Made by a program: the position numbers and the translations under genes. A stretch of 64,000 nucleotides of DNA from Ruminococcus sp. (GTDB lineage Bacteria; Bacillota; Clostridia; Oscillospirales; Acutalibacteraceae). The stretch is from positions 10,124 through 74,123 of the forward strand of contig JAKSRB010000001.1 in the NCBI GenBank assembly GCA_024403825.1. Reading direction: 5' to 3'. The notes under the pieces were generated by a model. That model was not told the DNA's origin. It saw only the letters and a program-made list of their open reading frames with translations, and did no database searches. Below, piece by piece: positions 10,630-18,976 of this stretch; position 1 is the first letter of the stretch, and every line of letters starts with the position of its first letter.

Positions 10630-10803
10630 GTTAATAATTGAAATATGGTATTAAACATTGATGATATGGAATAATAATTTTTGTTTTGAATTGATGCGTG
10701 ATAATTTAAAATTTATTTCTTAATTAGCTTTAATAAACTGTAAATTTGTGCTATAATAATTCTGTATAATTTTACATACTATTTTTGAAAGTGAGTTGAA
10801 AAG

Positions 10804-12069
10804 ATGAGTTGTATAAATAGAAATGAAATTGCAAATGGAGTATTTTTCAGTAGTATAAAGGATAGCCGTTTTAAGACTATGAAAATTACTGCAAATATTG
10901 TTGTACCTCTTTCAGAGGATACTGCATCTGAAAATGCTCTGTTATGCGGTGTGCTTTCACATTCCTGTAAAGAATATCCTGATTTTACTGCATTAAGTAA
11001 AAAACTAAGTTCACTATATGGAGCCGACCTTGAAACCTCAGTTCGCAAAGTTGGTGACAGACAACTGCTTAGAATTTCAGCAACAGGACTTGATGACCGT
11101 TATGCTTTTGAGGGTGACAGTATTGCTGAGGAGCTTTCTGAACTTTTATGCAAGGTTATTTTTGAACCTAATGTCAATAACAATGCTTTTAATTCTGAAG
11201 AGGTTGAGCAGGAACGCAGACAGTTACTTGACTTGATTGACTCTGAATTTAATGATAAAAGAATTTATGCTAATGGTCAGCTTATCAAAAATATGTGTGC
11301 TGACGAAGTTTATGGAATTAAGCGTTATGGTACAGCTGAAAAAATAAAGGCTGTTACAACAGAGTCACTTTATAAAAGCTATCAGAATTTATTGAAAACC
11401 GCAAAATTTGAGATTATGTATGTTGGTGACAGCTCACCTGAAAAAGCTGAGAATGTATTCAAATCAGCTTTCAGCAAGGTTGAACGCACACCTGCTGAGC
11501 TTTCAAATGATGTAGTTCGCAAAGCGGTTAAGCCTAAGCATATAAGCGAGGAAATGGAGCTTTCACAATCAAAGCTTGTTATGGGCTTCCGTACCAGTGT
11601 TGCTGTGCCTGACAAAGAAGTAAATGCTGTAAGACTTATGACAGCGGTATTGGGTGGAACTGCTAATTCAAAGCTTTTCTGCAATGTTCGTGAAAAGCAA
11701 AGCCTTTGTTATTACTGTGCTGCCAGATATGACAGATTAAAGGGTATAATGACAGTTGACAGCGGTGTTAATGGCGAAAATATCGAAAAAGCTGAGGCAG
11801 GTATTCTAAAAGAAATTGAAGATATGAAAAATGGTATTATTTCTGATTTTGAAATAGAATCCACAAAGCTTGCTGTTATCAATTCATTCCGTTCAACAAA
11901 TGATACTGTAGGTGGAATTGAGGCATGGTATGTTAATCAGCTGTTTGATGATAAATTTCTGACAGTTGAAGAGCAATCAGAGGCTATAAATGCCATTACA
12001 AAGGAAGAAATAGTTGAGGCGGCAAAGAAAATTACTCTTGATACGGTATATGTATTAAAGAATAAGTAA
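10804..12069 (+). CDS. M16 family peptidase-like protein, non-catalytic subunit (YmfF-like)
   Basis: SKLFCNVREKQSLCYYC C-terminal M16 motif, lacks HxxEH, paired with the next gene. Confidence 0.85.
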   Translation: MSCINRNEIANGVFFSSIKDSRFKTMKITANIVVPLSEDTASENALLCGVLSHSCKEYPDFTALSKKLSSLYGADLETSVRKVGDRQLLRISATGLDDRYAFEGDSIAEELSELLCKVIFEPNVNNNAFNSEEVEQERRQLLDLIDSEFNDKRIYANGQLIKNMCADEVYGIKRYGTAEKIKAVTTESLYKSYQNLLKTAKFEIMYVGDSSPEKAENVFKSAFSKVERTPAELSNDVVRKAVKPKHISEEMELSQSKLVMGFRTSVAVPDKEVNAVRLMTAVLGGTANSKLFCNVREKQSLCYYCAARYDRLKGIMTVDSGVNGENIEKAEAGILKEIEDMKNGIISDFEIESTKLAVINSFRSTNDTVGGIEAWYVNQLFDDKFLTVEEQSEAINAITKEEIVEAAKKITLDTVYVLKNK

Positions 12070-12082
12070 GAGGTGGATTTTT

Positions 12083-13360
12083 ATGAATATTAAAGAAATA
12101 AAGTCAGAGCGTGTTGGTGACAGCTATTATAAAATCAATCATCCATCAGGTCTTACAATTTATGTATATCCAAAGGAAGGTTATAATTCCGCATACGCAA
12201 TATTCGGAACAAAATACGGCAGTATTAATACAAGTTTTTCGCTTGATGGGGGAAACAAAATTACTGTACCTGACGGAATTGCTCATTATCTTGAGCATAA
12301 GCTTTTTGAGTGTGAAGAAGGAGATGCATTTGTAAGATATGCTAAAACAGGAGCAAACGCAAATGCTTATACAAGCTTTGAAAAAACCTGTTACTTATTT
12401 GAATGTACAGAAAAATTTGATGAAAGTCTTGAAATTCTCCTTGACTTTGTACAAGAACCATATTTTACTGCTGAAACTGTTGCCAAAGAGCAGGGCATTA
12501 TTGGTCAGGAAATAAAGATGTATGATGATTCTCCAGAATGGCGAGTAATGTTCAATATGCTTGAGGGTATGTATAAAAACCACCCTGTTAAAATTGATAT
12601 AGCAGGTACTGTTGAATCTATTGCAGAGATTACTGCTGAAAAGCTGTATGAAATATATAATGTGTTTTATAATTTAAATAATATGGTTTTGTGCGTTGCT
12701 GGTAATGTAACTGTGGAGCAGGTTCTTAATACCGCTGACAAAATGCTTAAGAAATGCGAAAAGCACGACATTACAAATTATTTTGAAGCTGAACCGTATG
12801 AAATTTGTGAACCATATGTTGAGCAGAGTTTTTCTGTTTCAATGCCTCTATTTAATCTCGGATTTAAAGAAAAAGCTGATAAATTACTTAATGTTAAACA
12901 GCTTGCTTGTACTGATATTTTGCTTTCAATGATTGCATCTCAGACAAGTACACTTTACAGACAGATGCTTGACGAAAATCTGATAAACAGTTCGTTTTCC
13001 TATGAATTGTTTGAAGGTCCTGGATATTGTTCAGTAATATTTGGTGGTGAGTCAAGAGCACCTAAGCAGGCGGCTGAATGTATTAAGCAGTATATTTCTA
13101 AAATCAAAGCAGAGGGTCTTGATAAGGAAGATTTTGAAATTACTAAAAAAGCTGTTTATGGAGATGCTGTATCATCGCTTAACTCTGTAAGCTCAATAGC
13201 AAATTCAGTAATTAACTATCATTTTAATGATAATGAAATGTTTTCATATATTGATGCCGTTGCAGAGGCAGAATTTGAAGATATAACCAAAAGATTATCA
13301 GAAATGCTTGATGTAAATAATTGTACTTTATCTGTTGTTAAGCAGGCTGAAGAGGAATAA
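12083..13360 (+). CDS. M16 family zinc peptidase (YmfH-like)
   Basis: PDGIAHYLEHKLF (HxxEH), ANAYTS and EQGIIGQEI motifs. Confidence 0.92.
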   Translation: MNIKEIKSERVGDSYYKINHPSGLTIYVYPKEGYNSAYAIFGTKYGSINTSFSLDGGNKITVPDGIAHYLEHKLFECEEGDAFVRYAKTGANANAYTSFEKTCYLFECTEKFDESLEILLDFVQEPYFTAETVAKEQGIIGQEIKMYDDSPEWRVMFNMLEGMYKNHPVKIDIAGTVESIAEITAEKLYEIYNVFYNLNNMVLCVAGNVTVEQVLNTADKMLKKCEKHDITNYFEAEPYEICEPYVEQSFSVSMPLFNLGFKEKADKLLNVKQLACTDILLSMIASQTSTLYRQMLDENLINSSFSYELFEGPGYCSVIFGGESRAPKQAAECIKQYISKIKAEGLDKEDFEITKKAVYGDAVSSLNSVSSIANSVINYHFNDNEMFSYIDAVAEAEFEDITKRLSEMLDVNNCTLSVVKQAEEE

Positions 13361-13363
13361 TGT

Positions 13364-14230
13364 ATGACTTATCATATTAAGTTTCCTGGATTTGGCTGGG
13401 AATTTGACATTAGTCCGGTAGCTTTTTCAATAGGGCAAAGGGAAGTTTATTGGTATGGTATTATTATCGCCTCAGGATTGTTGCTCTGTGTGCTTTATGC
13501 GAGCTTTTCTGCCAAAAGATTTAATGTTGACAGAGATAAGCTGATTAATTGTACTCTTGTTGGTATTGTTACGGCTATTATTGGTGCAAGATTGTATTAT
13601 TGCTTTTTTCAATGGGATTATTACGGAAAAAATCCCATTGAAATTCTGCACATAGATAATGGCGGACTTGCCATTTATGGTGGAATAATCGGTGCATTGC
13701 TTGGTGGACTAACAGTTGCAAAAATTCAGAAAATGAAGATTATGCCTGTGCTTGATATTGCAATGAACAGCTTTTTACTTGGACAGGGTATAGGCAGATG
13801 GGGCAATTTTACTAATCAGGAGGCATTTGGTACTGCTACGGATTTACCTTGGCGAATGGTGAGCGAGGGGACAGACGGAATAGCTGTTCATCCCTGCTTT
13901 TTATATGAATCATTATGGTGTCTGCTTGGGTTTGCGGTTTTATATTTTTACGGAAAATATAAACAGAAATATGCAGGTCAGATTTTCTATTTGTACCTTG
14001 TTTGGTATGGATTTGAAAGAATGATAGTTGAGGGCTTGCGAACTGACAGTCTTATGATTCCTTTTGAATTTGCTGGCTATCAGTTGAGAGTATCTCAGGT
14101 TGTATCGTTCGTAATATTCCTTATTGGAATTATATGCTTAATTGTGAATAAAAACAGAAAGGATTCCTTTTATGAAAATTATAGATGGAAAAATGGTATC
14201 GGCTCAGGTAAAAGAGTCCGTAAAGGCTGA
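13364..14230 (+). CDS. lgt: Prolipoprotein diacylglyceryl transferase
   Basis: WYGII, GARLYY, GGLAIYGG, GRWGNFTNQEAFG, HPCFLYES and EGLRTD motifs. The 3' end overlaps folD by 59 nt. Confidence 0.95.
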   Translation: MTYHIKFPGFGWEFDISPVAFSIGQREVYWYGIIIASGLLLCVLYASFSAKRFNVDRDKLINCTLVGIVTAIIGARLYYCFFQWDYYGKNPIEILHIDNGGLAIYGGIIGALLGGLTVAKIQKMKIMPVLDIAMNSFLLGQGIGRWGNFTNQEAFGTATDLPWRMVSEGTDGIAVHPCFLYESLWCLLGFAVLYFYGKYKQKYAGQIFYLYLVWYGFERMIVEGLRTDSLMIPFEFAGYQLRVSQVVSFVIFLIGIICLIVNKNRKDSFYENYRWKNGIGSGKRVRKG

Positions 14231-15026
14231 AACTGCTGAGCTTATAGAAAAAAATGGAATTGTTCCGGGTCTTGCTGTTGTAATAGTAGGTGATGACCCT
14301 GCATCAAGAGTTTATGTAAATAATAAGAAAAAAGCTTGTGAATTGGTAGGCTTTAAATCAGAAGAGTATGCCTTGCCTGCTGAAACAACTCAGGATGAAC
14401 TGCTGGAGCTTGTACATAAGCTAAATGATAAGGAAGATATTAATGGTATTCTTGTTCAGTTGCCACTTCCTGCTCATCTTGATGATAAGGCTGTAATTGA
14501 AGCAATCAGACCTGATAAGGATGTTGATGCATTTCACGCTGTTAATGTAGGTAAAATAATGCTCGGTGAATATGACTTTCTGCCTTGCACTCCTGCAGGT
14601 GTAATGGAAATGCTGCACGCTTATGAAATTTCTGTAAGCGGTAAAAACTGTGTTGTAATCGGCAGAAGTAATATTGTTGGTAAGCCAATGGCAATGCTTT
14701 TGCTCCATGAAAACGGAACAGTAACAATTTGTCACAGCAGAACAAAGAATTTAGCAGAAATTTGTTCTCAGGCAGATATACTTGTGGCAGCGGTAGGTAA
14801 ACCGAAGTTTGTAACAGCTGATATGGTTAAAGATGGTGCAGTAGTAATTGATGTCGGAATGGATAGAGATGAAAACGGCAAGCTTTGTGGTGATGTTGAC
14901 TTTGAAAATGTAAAAGATAAGTGTTCATATATTACTCCTGTTCCAGGAGGAGTTGGACCAATGACAATTTCAACCTTGATGAAAAATACACTTAAAGCCT
15001 GCAAGCTTCAGAATAATCTGAAATAA
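14172..15026 (+). CDS. folD: Bifunctional methylenetetrahydrofolate dehydrogenase/cyclohydrolase
   Basis: YVNNKKKACE, GILVQLPLP, KDVDAFH, PCTPAG, GRSNIVGKP and TPVPGGVGPMT motifs. Confidence 0.98.
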   Translation: MKIIDGKMVSAQVKESVKAETAELIEKNGIVPGLAVVIVGDDPASRVYVNNKKKACELVGFKSEEYALPAETTQDELLELVHKLNDKEDINGILVQLPLPAHLDDKAVIEAIRPDKDVDAFHAVNVGKIMLGEYDFLPCTPAGVMEMLHAYEISVSGKNCVVIGRSNIVGKPMAMLLLHENGTVTICHSRTKNLAEICSQADILVAAVGKPKFVTADMVKDGAVVIDVGMDRDENGKLCGDVDFENVKDKCSYITPVPGGVGPMTISTLMKNTLKACKLQNNLK

Positions 15027-15045
15027 AATATAATACTTGGAATAA

Positions 15046-15085
15046 AATCACCGACTTTACAAAAAATAAAGTCGGTGATTATTTT
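15046..15085 (+). terminator. folD terminator whose 3' arm contains the RBS of the next gene
   Basis: AATCACCGACTTTA-caaaaaa-TAAAGTCGGTGATT followed by ATTTT. Confidence 0.7.
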
Positions 15086-15467
15086 GAAAAATTTAAAAAA
15101 AGATTTATCAATATTTACATTGGGCGGAGTAGTATATTCATTGATTGAAATATTATGGAGAAGGCGAACACATTGGACAATGGCGATTACCGGAGGAGTT
15201 TGCTTTTTGTCTTTGTATAAATTTTATAAGCATAACAAACTTATGGAGCTTTATAAAAAATGTGTTTGCGGAAGTGTTATAATAACTGCGATAGAGTTTA
15301 TTTGTGGATGTATTGTAAATCTAAAGCTTAAAATGAATGTATGGGATTACAAAAATTGCAAATTTAATGTAAAAGGGCAGATATGTCCGCTTTATAGCTT
15401 TTTATGGGGATTACTTTGCCTTCCTGTAAGTATGCTTTGCAAATATATGAGCAACAATGAGCGATAA
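15084..15467 (+). CDS. Small membrane protein of the putative ABC-transporter type IV (CmpB-like) family
   Basis: YSLIEILWR, THWTM..GG and WDY..FNVKGQICP pattern. TTG at 15084 after GGTGA is preferred over GTG at 15075. Confidence 0.72.
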   Translation: MKNLKKDLSIFTLGGVVYSLIEILWRRRTHWTMAITGGVCFLSLYKFYKHNKLMELYKKCVCGSVIITAIEFICGCIVNLKLKMNVWDYKNCKFNVKGQICPLYSFLWGLLCLPVSMLCKYMSNNER

Positions 15468-15470
15468 AAA

Positions 15471-15500
15471 ACGCAGATTTGAGTTTTATCAAATCTGCGT
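15471..15500. terminator. Bidirectional terminator between convergent genes
   Basis: ACGCAGATTTGA-gtttta-TCAAATCTGCGT perfect 12-bp stem. Confidence 0.75.
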
Positions 15501-15509
15501 CTGAAATTT

Positions 15510-16820
15510 TTAGATATTTTTATCGGTTTTGCTGTTTTTTGATATTTCAGAATTATTCTGTTCGTTGTCAATCTTTTTTACTACTACCTTTATAATTCTT
15601 TGGTCTTTAACCTCCATAATAGTAAACTTAAATCCCTCAAGCTCAATACTTTCTCTCTTATTAGGAATAGTACCAGCATTTTCCAGTATAAATCCACCAA
15701 CGGTGACGCTATCACTTTCAATACTGTCCTCATCCATACCGAACAATTCAAGCAAATCATCAAATTCAATATCGCCATTTACAAGATATTCGTTCTTGCC
15801 GATTTGATAATAATTATGCTCAATTTCTTCGTCCTCGTCCCAGATTTCTCCAACGATTTCTTCAAGTAAATCCTCCATTGTCACAATACCAAGTGTTCCG
15901 CCATATTCATCTGTAACAATCGCCATATGTATTTTTGAGCGTTTAAAATAGCTAAGTATTTTCGATAGCTTTTGTGTTCTGAAAACAAAGTAAGGCGGAG
16001 CCATAATTTCCTTAATATCAGGAGTTCTGCCGTCTATCATACATTCAAGATAATCTCTTGTGTGCAGTACTCCAATTACATGGTCAATGGTATCCTCATA
16101 AACAGGCATTCTTGTATAACGGTTTTCAATTATTGATTCAATAATTTTTTCGTGGGAATCCTCAACATTTATAAATGTAACATCAACTCGTGGTGTTAAA
16201 ATTTCTTCTGCTGTTTTTTCGTCAAAGTCAAGAGCAGAACGAACCATTTTGCTTTCACTTTCCTCAAGAACTCCCTCTTCTTCGATGCTTTCAACGATAT
16301 ATTTAAGTTCATTTTCGGTTACAGATGGTTTATCTCCTGAGCTTCCTGCAATTTTCAATGCTAAGGCTCTCAGCTTAAGAAATACAAAAACAAAAGGTTT
16401 GAAAATAATCATTAAAGCTTTTAGCATTCCAGCTGTTGACATTGAAAAGCTGTCGCAATGCTCCTTTGCAAGGCATTTTGGCACAACCTCACCAAAGGTC
16501 AAAACAAGCAGGGTTGTACTTCCTGTAGCTATAGCAGAGCCGAGGTCACCGAAAAGATTCAGGCACAATACAGTTGCAATAGAAGAACAACTGAGGTTTA
16601 CAACATTGTTGCAAATTAATATTGTTGTCAGGGCATTGTCGAAATTCTCAATTACATATAGCGTAGTTTTTGCCTTTTTAACACCCTCGTCAGCCTTTTG
16701 CTGAATGCGGATTTTATTAACAAATGAAAAAGCTGTTTCAGTTGCTGAGAAAAAAGCAGAAAACGCCACAAGAATGAGTACAATAATGCCCATAATTATG
16801 TCTGATGTCAAAGTTTTCAT
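15510..16820 (-). CDS. Hemolysin-family/CNNM transporter (DUF21-CBS-CorC)
   Basis: SAFFSATETAF, FGEVVPK, tandem CBS (ILTPRVD, YTRMPVY, DEYGGTLGIVTMEDLLEEIVGEI) and CorC domain. Exact start uncertain (16811-16823). Confidence 0.92.
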   Translation of the reverse strand: MKTLTSDIIMGIIVLILVAFSAFFSATETAFSFVNKIRIQQKADEGVKKAKTTLYVIENFDNALTTILICNNVVNLSCSSIATVLCLNLFGDLGSAIATGSTTLLVLTFGEVVPKCLAKEHCDSFSMSTAGMLKALMIIFKPFVFVFLKLRALALKIAGSSGDKPSVTENELKYIVESIEEEGVLEESESKMVRSALDFDEKTAEEILTPRVDVTFINVEDSHEKIIESIIENRYTRMPVYEDTIDHVIGVLHTRDYLECMIDGRTPDIKEIMAPPYFVFRTQKLSKILSYFKRSKIHMAIVTDEYGGTLGIVTMEDLLEEIVGEIWDEDEEIEHNYYQIGKNEYLVNGDIEFDDLLELFGMDEDSIESDSVTVGGFILENAGTIPNKRESIELEGFKFTIMEVKDQRIIKVVVKKIDNEQNNSEISKNSKTDKNI

Positions 16821-16902
16821 CACTCCAAATAATTTTTCAATATTATACTACTATAATTCTTTAATATAATTATTGTTTTTAAGAAATATAAGGATAAAAA
16901 GA

Positions 16903-16931
16903 TTGAAAAATTATTTATTCAATGCTATAAT
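16903..16931 (+). promoter_or_regulatory. sigmaA-type promoter upstream of tepA
   Basis: TTGAAA-17-TATAAT with extended TG. Confidence 0.6.
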
Positions 16932-17068
16932 ATATTATTATGCGTGCGTTGTGTGTCGATTAATGTATATAATCGGATAGCTTGTGTAGCTGTAATATAC
17001 AGTATTTTTCTGAGTTTTGGTTTAATCTGATTTTGTTGGGTTATACTAAATTCGGAGGTGTATGTTTT

Positions 17069-17869
17069 ATGGCACAGAAAAATAAACAGCACAAATCAAA
17101 GGATAATTTTGTAAAAAATCCTAATTCTGATGATAATCCACAGCAGATTGAGAATGACAGTCCGATTAGTGAAGAGCATACAGACCAGATTAATGAAACT
17201 GGTTCTATTCTGACTTCGCATAAGGACAGTACAATTCATTGCCTTACGATTATCGGTCAGATTGAGGGGCATTACATTCTTGCACAGAACAATAAGACAA
17301 CTAAGTATGAGCATGTAATTCCGTTGCTTGTTTCCATTGAAGAGGACGAAAGAATTGACGGCCTGCTGATCTTGTTAAATACGGTTGGCGGTGATGTTGA
17401 GGCAGGACTTGCTATTGCTGAGGTTATATCAGGAATGAAAAAGCCTACAGTTTCCATTGTGCTTGGAGGAGGTCATTCAATAGGAATACCGCTTGCAGTT
17501 GCCGCTAAAAAGAGCTTTATTGCAAAAAGTGCGTCAATGACGGTTCACCCTGTACGCACAACAGGGCTTACACTCGGAGTTCCGCAGACTTTTGAGTATT
17601 TTCGGAAAATGCAGGACAGAATTACAACCTTTGTGTGTGAAAACTCAGGAATTTCTAAGGAGCGTTACAACCAGCTTGTACTTAATACAGGTGAGCTTGT
17701 AACAGATATTGGCACAATTCTTGAGGGTGAGGAAGCAGTTGAAGAAGGACTTATTGACAAGGTAGGAACTGTTTCTGAAGCTATTGATGAATTATATGAA
17801 ATGATTAAGGAGCATAAAGGCTCTAAGAAAAAATCGAAATCTCATTCTAAAAAATCTGTTTCAGAATAA
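17069..17869 (+). CDS. tepA: ClpP-like protease TepA (translocation-enhancing protein)
   Basis: [11 protein letters not shown]...[26 protein letters not shown] and GGGHSIG motifs. ATG 17069 after GGAGGTG (track start 16982 has no RBS). Confidence 0.88.
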   Translation: MAQKNKQHKSKDNFVKNPNSDDNPQQIENDSPISEEHTDQINETGSILTSHKDSTIHCLTIIGQIEGHYILAQNNKTTKYEHVIPLLVSIEEDERIDGLLILLNTVGGDVEAGLAIAEVISGMKKPTVSIVLGGGHSIGIPLAVAAKKSFIAKSASMTVHPVRTTGLTLGVPQTFEYFRKMQDRITTFVCENSGISKERYNQLVLNTGELVTDIGTILEGEEAVEEGLIDKVGTVSEAIDELYEMIKEHKGSKKKSKSHSKKSVSE

Positions 17870-17890
17870 TTCGGGTGCAGTCACCCGAAT
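17869..17890 (+). other. Perfect 9-bp stem-loop after tepA without U-tract
   Basis: ATTCGGGTG-cagt-CACCCGAAT. Confidence 0.65.
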
Positions 17891-17963
17891 ACATATATAT
17901 TAAAGTTGTTTTGTATTAATAATTTAACAAAGCAATAAAAAATTTTTAAAGGAGTACATATTT

Positions 17964-18926
17964 ATGACAATAATTGATGCTATTATTCAGGGCATTGTCC
18001 AAGGACTTACTGAATTTTTGCCAGTTTCGAGCAGTGGACACCTTGCAATCACTCAGCACATAATAGGTGCAGGCGGTGAGGATAATCTGTTTTTTAATGT
18101 AATGCTTCATGTTGGAACACTTGTAGCTGTTGTAGCATTTTATCACAAATTAATCTGGAGCCTGATTAAAGAATTTTTTGCTTTGGTAAAAGATGTATTT
18201 ACAGGAAAATTCAAATGGAGTGAGATGAATTATGAACGCAATCTCATTATGATGCTTATTATTGGTCTTGTTCCGCTGTTCCTTTTATTTATTCCTGTTC
18301 CTGGAACAGATTTAAAAATAAAAGATGTTGCTGATTTGCTTTCAGCAAATCCTGTTCTTATTATATCTGCATTTTCACTTCTTCTTACAAGTATTCTTCT
18401 TACTGTTGGCATATTCTGCAATAAGAGAAATATTGCAAGAGTAAATAGTAAACATTCAAAGGGCATTGGCAGCGGTGATAAAGAGGGAAGAGAAAGCTAT
18501 ACAATAGTTGATGCAGTTGTAGTTGGTATAACTCAGGTTTGTGCTGCATTGCTTCCTGGACTTTCTCGCTCAGGCTCAACTCTTGCTGTAGCTGAAATGA
18601 GAGGTATTAATAAACAAAAGGCTCTTGACTATACATTTATTCTTGGCATTCCGTCAATTTTAGCAGCGGCTGTGCTTGAGGGTGTTGATGCTTTAAAAGC
18701 TCCTGAGGGAATAAGTACAAGTGTTGGAGTTATTATTGTAGGTATGGTTGTTTCAGCTGTTGTCGGTTATCTCTCAATAGTAATCTTCAAGTGGTTCTTA
18801 ATGACAGATAAAATGGCTGTCTTTGCAATTTATACTGCTTTGATAGGTATTGCATTTATTATCATTTCAATTATTGAAATGACAAGTGGCACCAACCTTT
18901 TTACAGGTGCAGTTCTTAATATATAA
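17964..18926 (+). CDS. uppP: Undecaprenyl-diphosphate phosphatase
   Basis: QGIVQGLTEFLPVSSSGHL, HVGT and PGLSRSGST motifs. Confidence 0.95.
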   Translation: MTIIDAIIQGIVQGLTEFLPVSSSGHLAITQHIIGAGGEDNLFFNVMLHVGTLVAVVAFYHKLIWSLIKEFFALVKDVFTGKFKWSEMNYERNLIMMLIIGLVPLFLLFIPVPGTDLKIKDVADLLSANPVLIISAFSLLLTSILLTVGIFCNKRNIARVNSKHSKGIGSGDKEGRESYTIVDAVVVGITQVCAALLPGLSRSGSTLAVAEMRGINKQKALDYTFILGIPSILAAAVLEGVDALKAPEGISTSVGVIIVGMVVSAVVGYLSIVIFKWFLMTDKMAVFAIYTALIGIAFIIISIIEMTSGTNLFTGAVLNI

Positions 18927-18976
18927 GTTTAATTCATACTAAAATTTGATATTTAGTATATACAGGAGTGATTTTA

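Noticed and set aside
16920-16947. dif-like sequence near ftsK (CTATAA TATATT ATTATG)
   Set aside because: The XerD arm TTATGT(T/A)AA is not matched or in register, and the sequence is explained by the tepA -10 box.
14199-18480. GIGSG peptide shared by the Lgt tail and the UppP loop
   Set aside because: The Lgt tail is the alternative frame of folD, so this five-residue match is coincidental.
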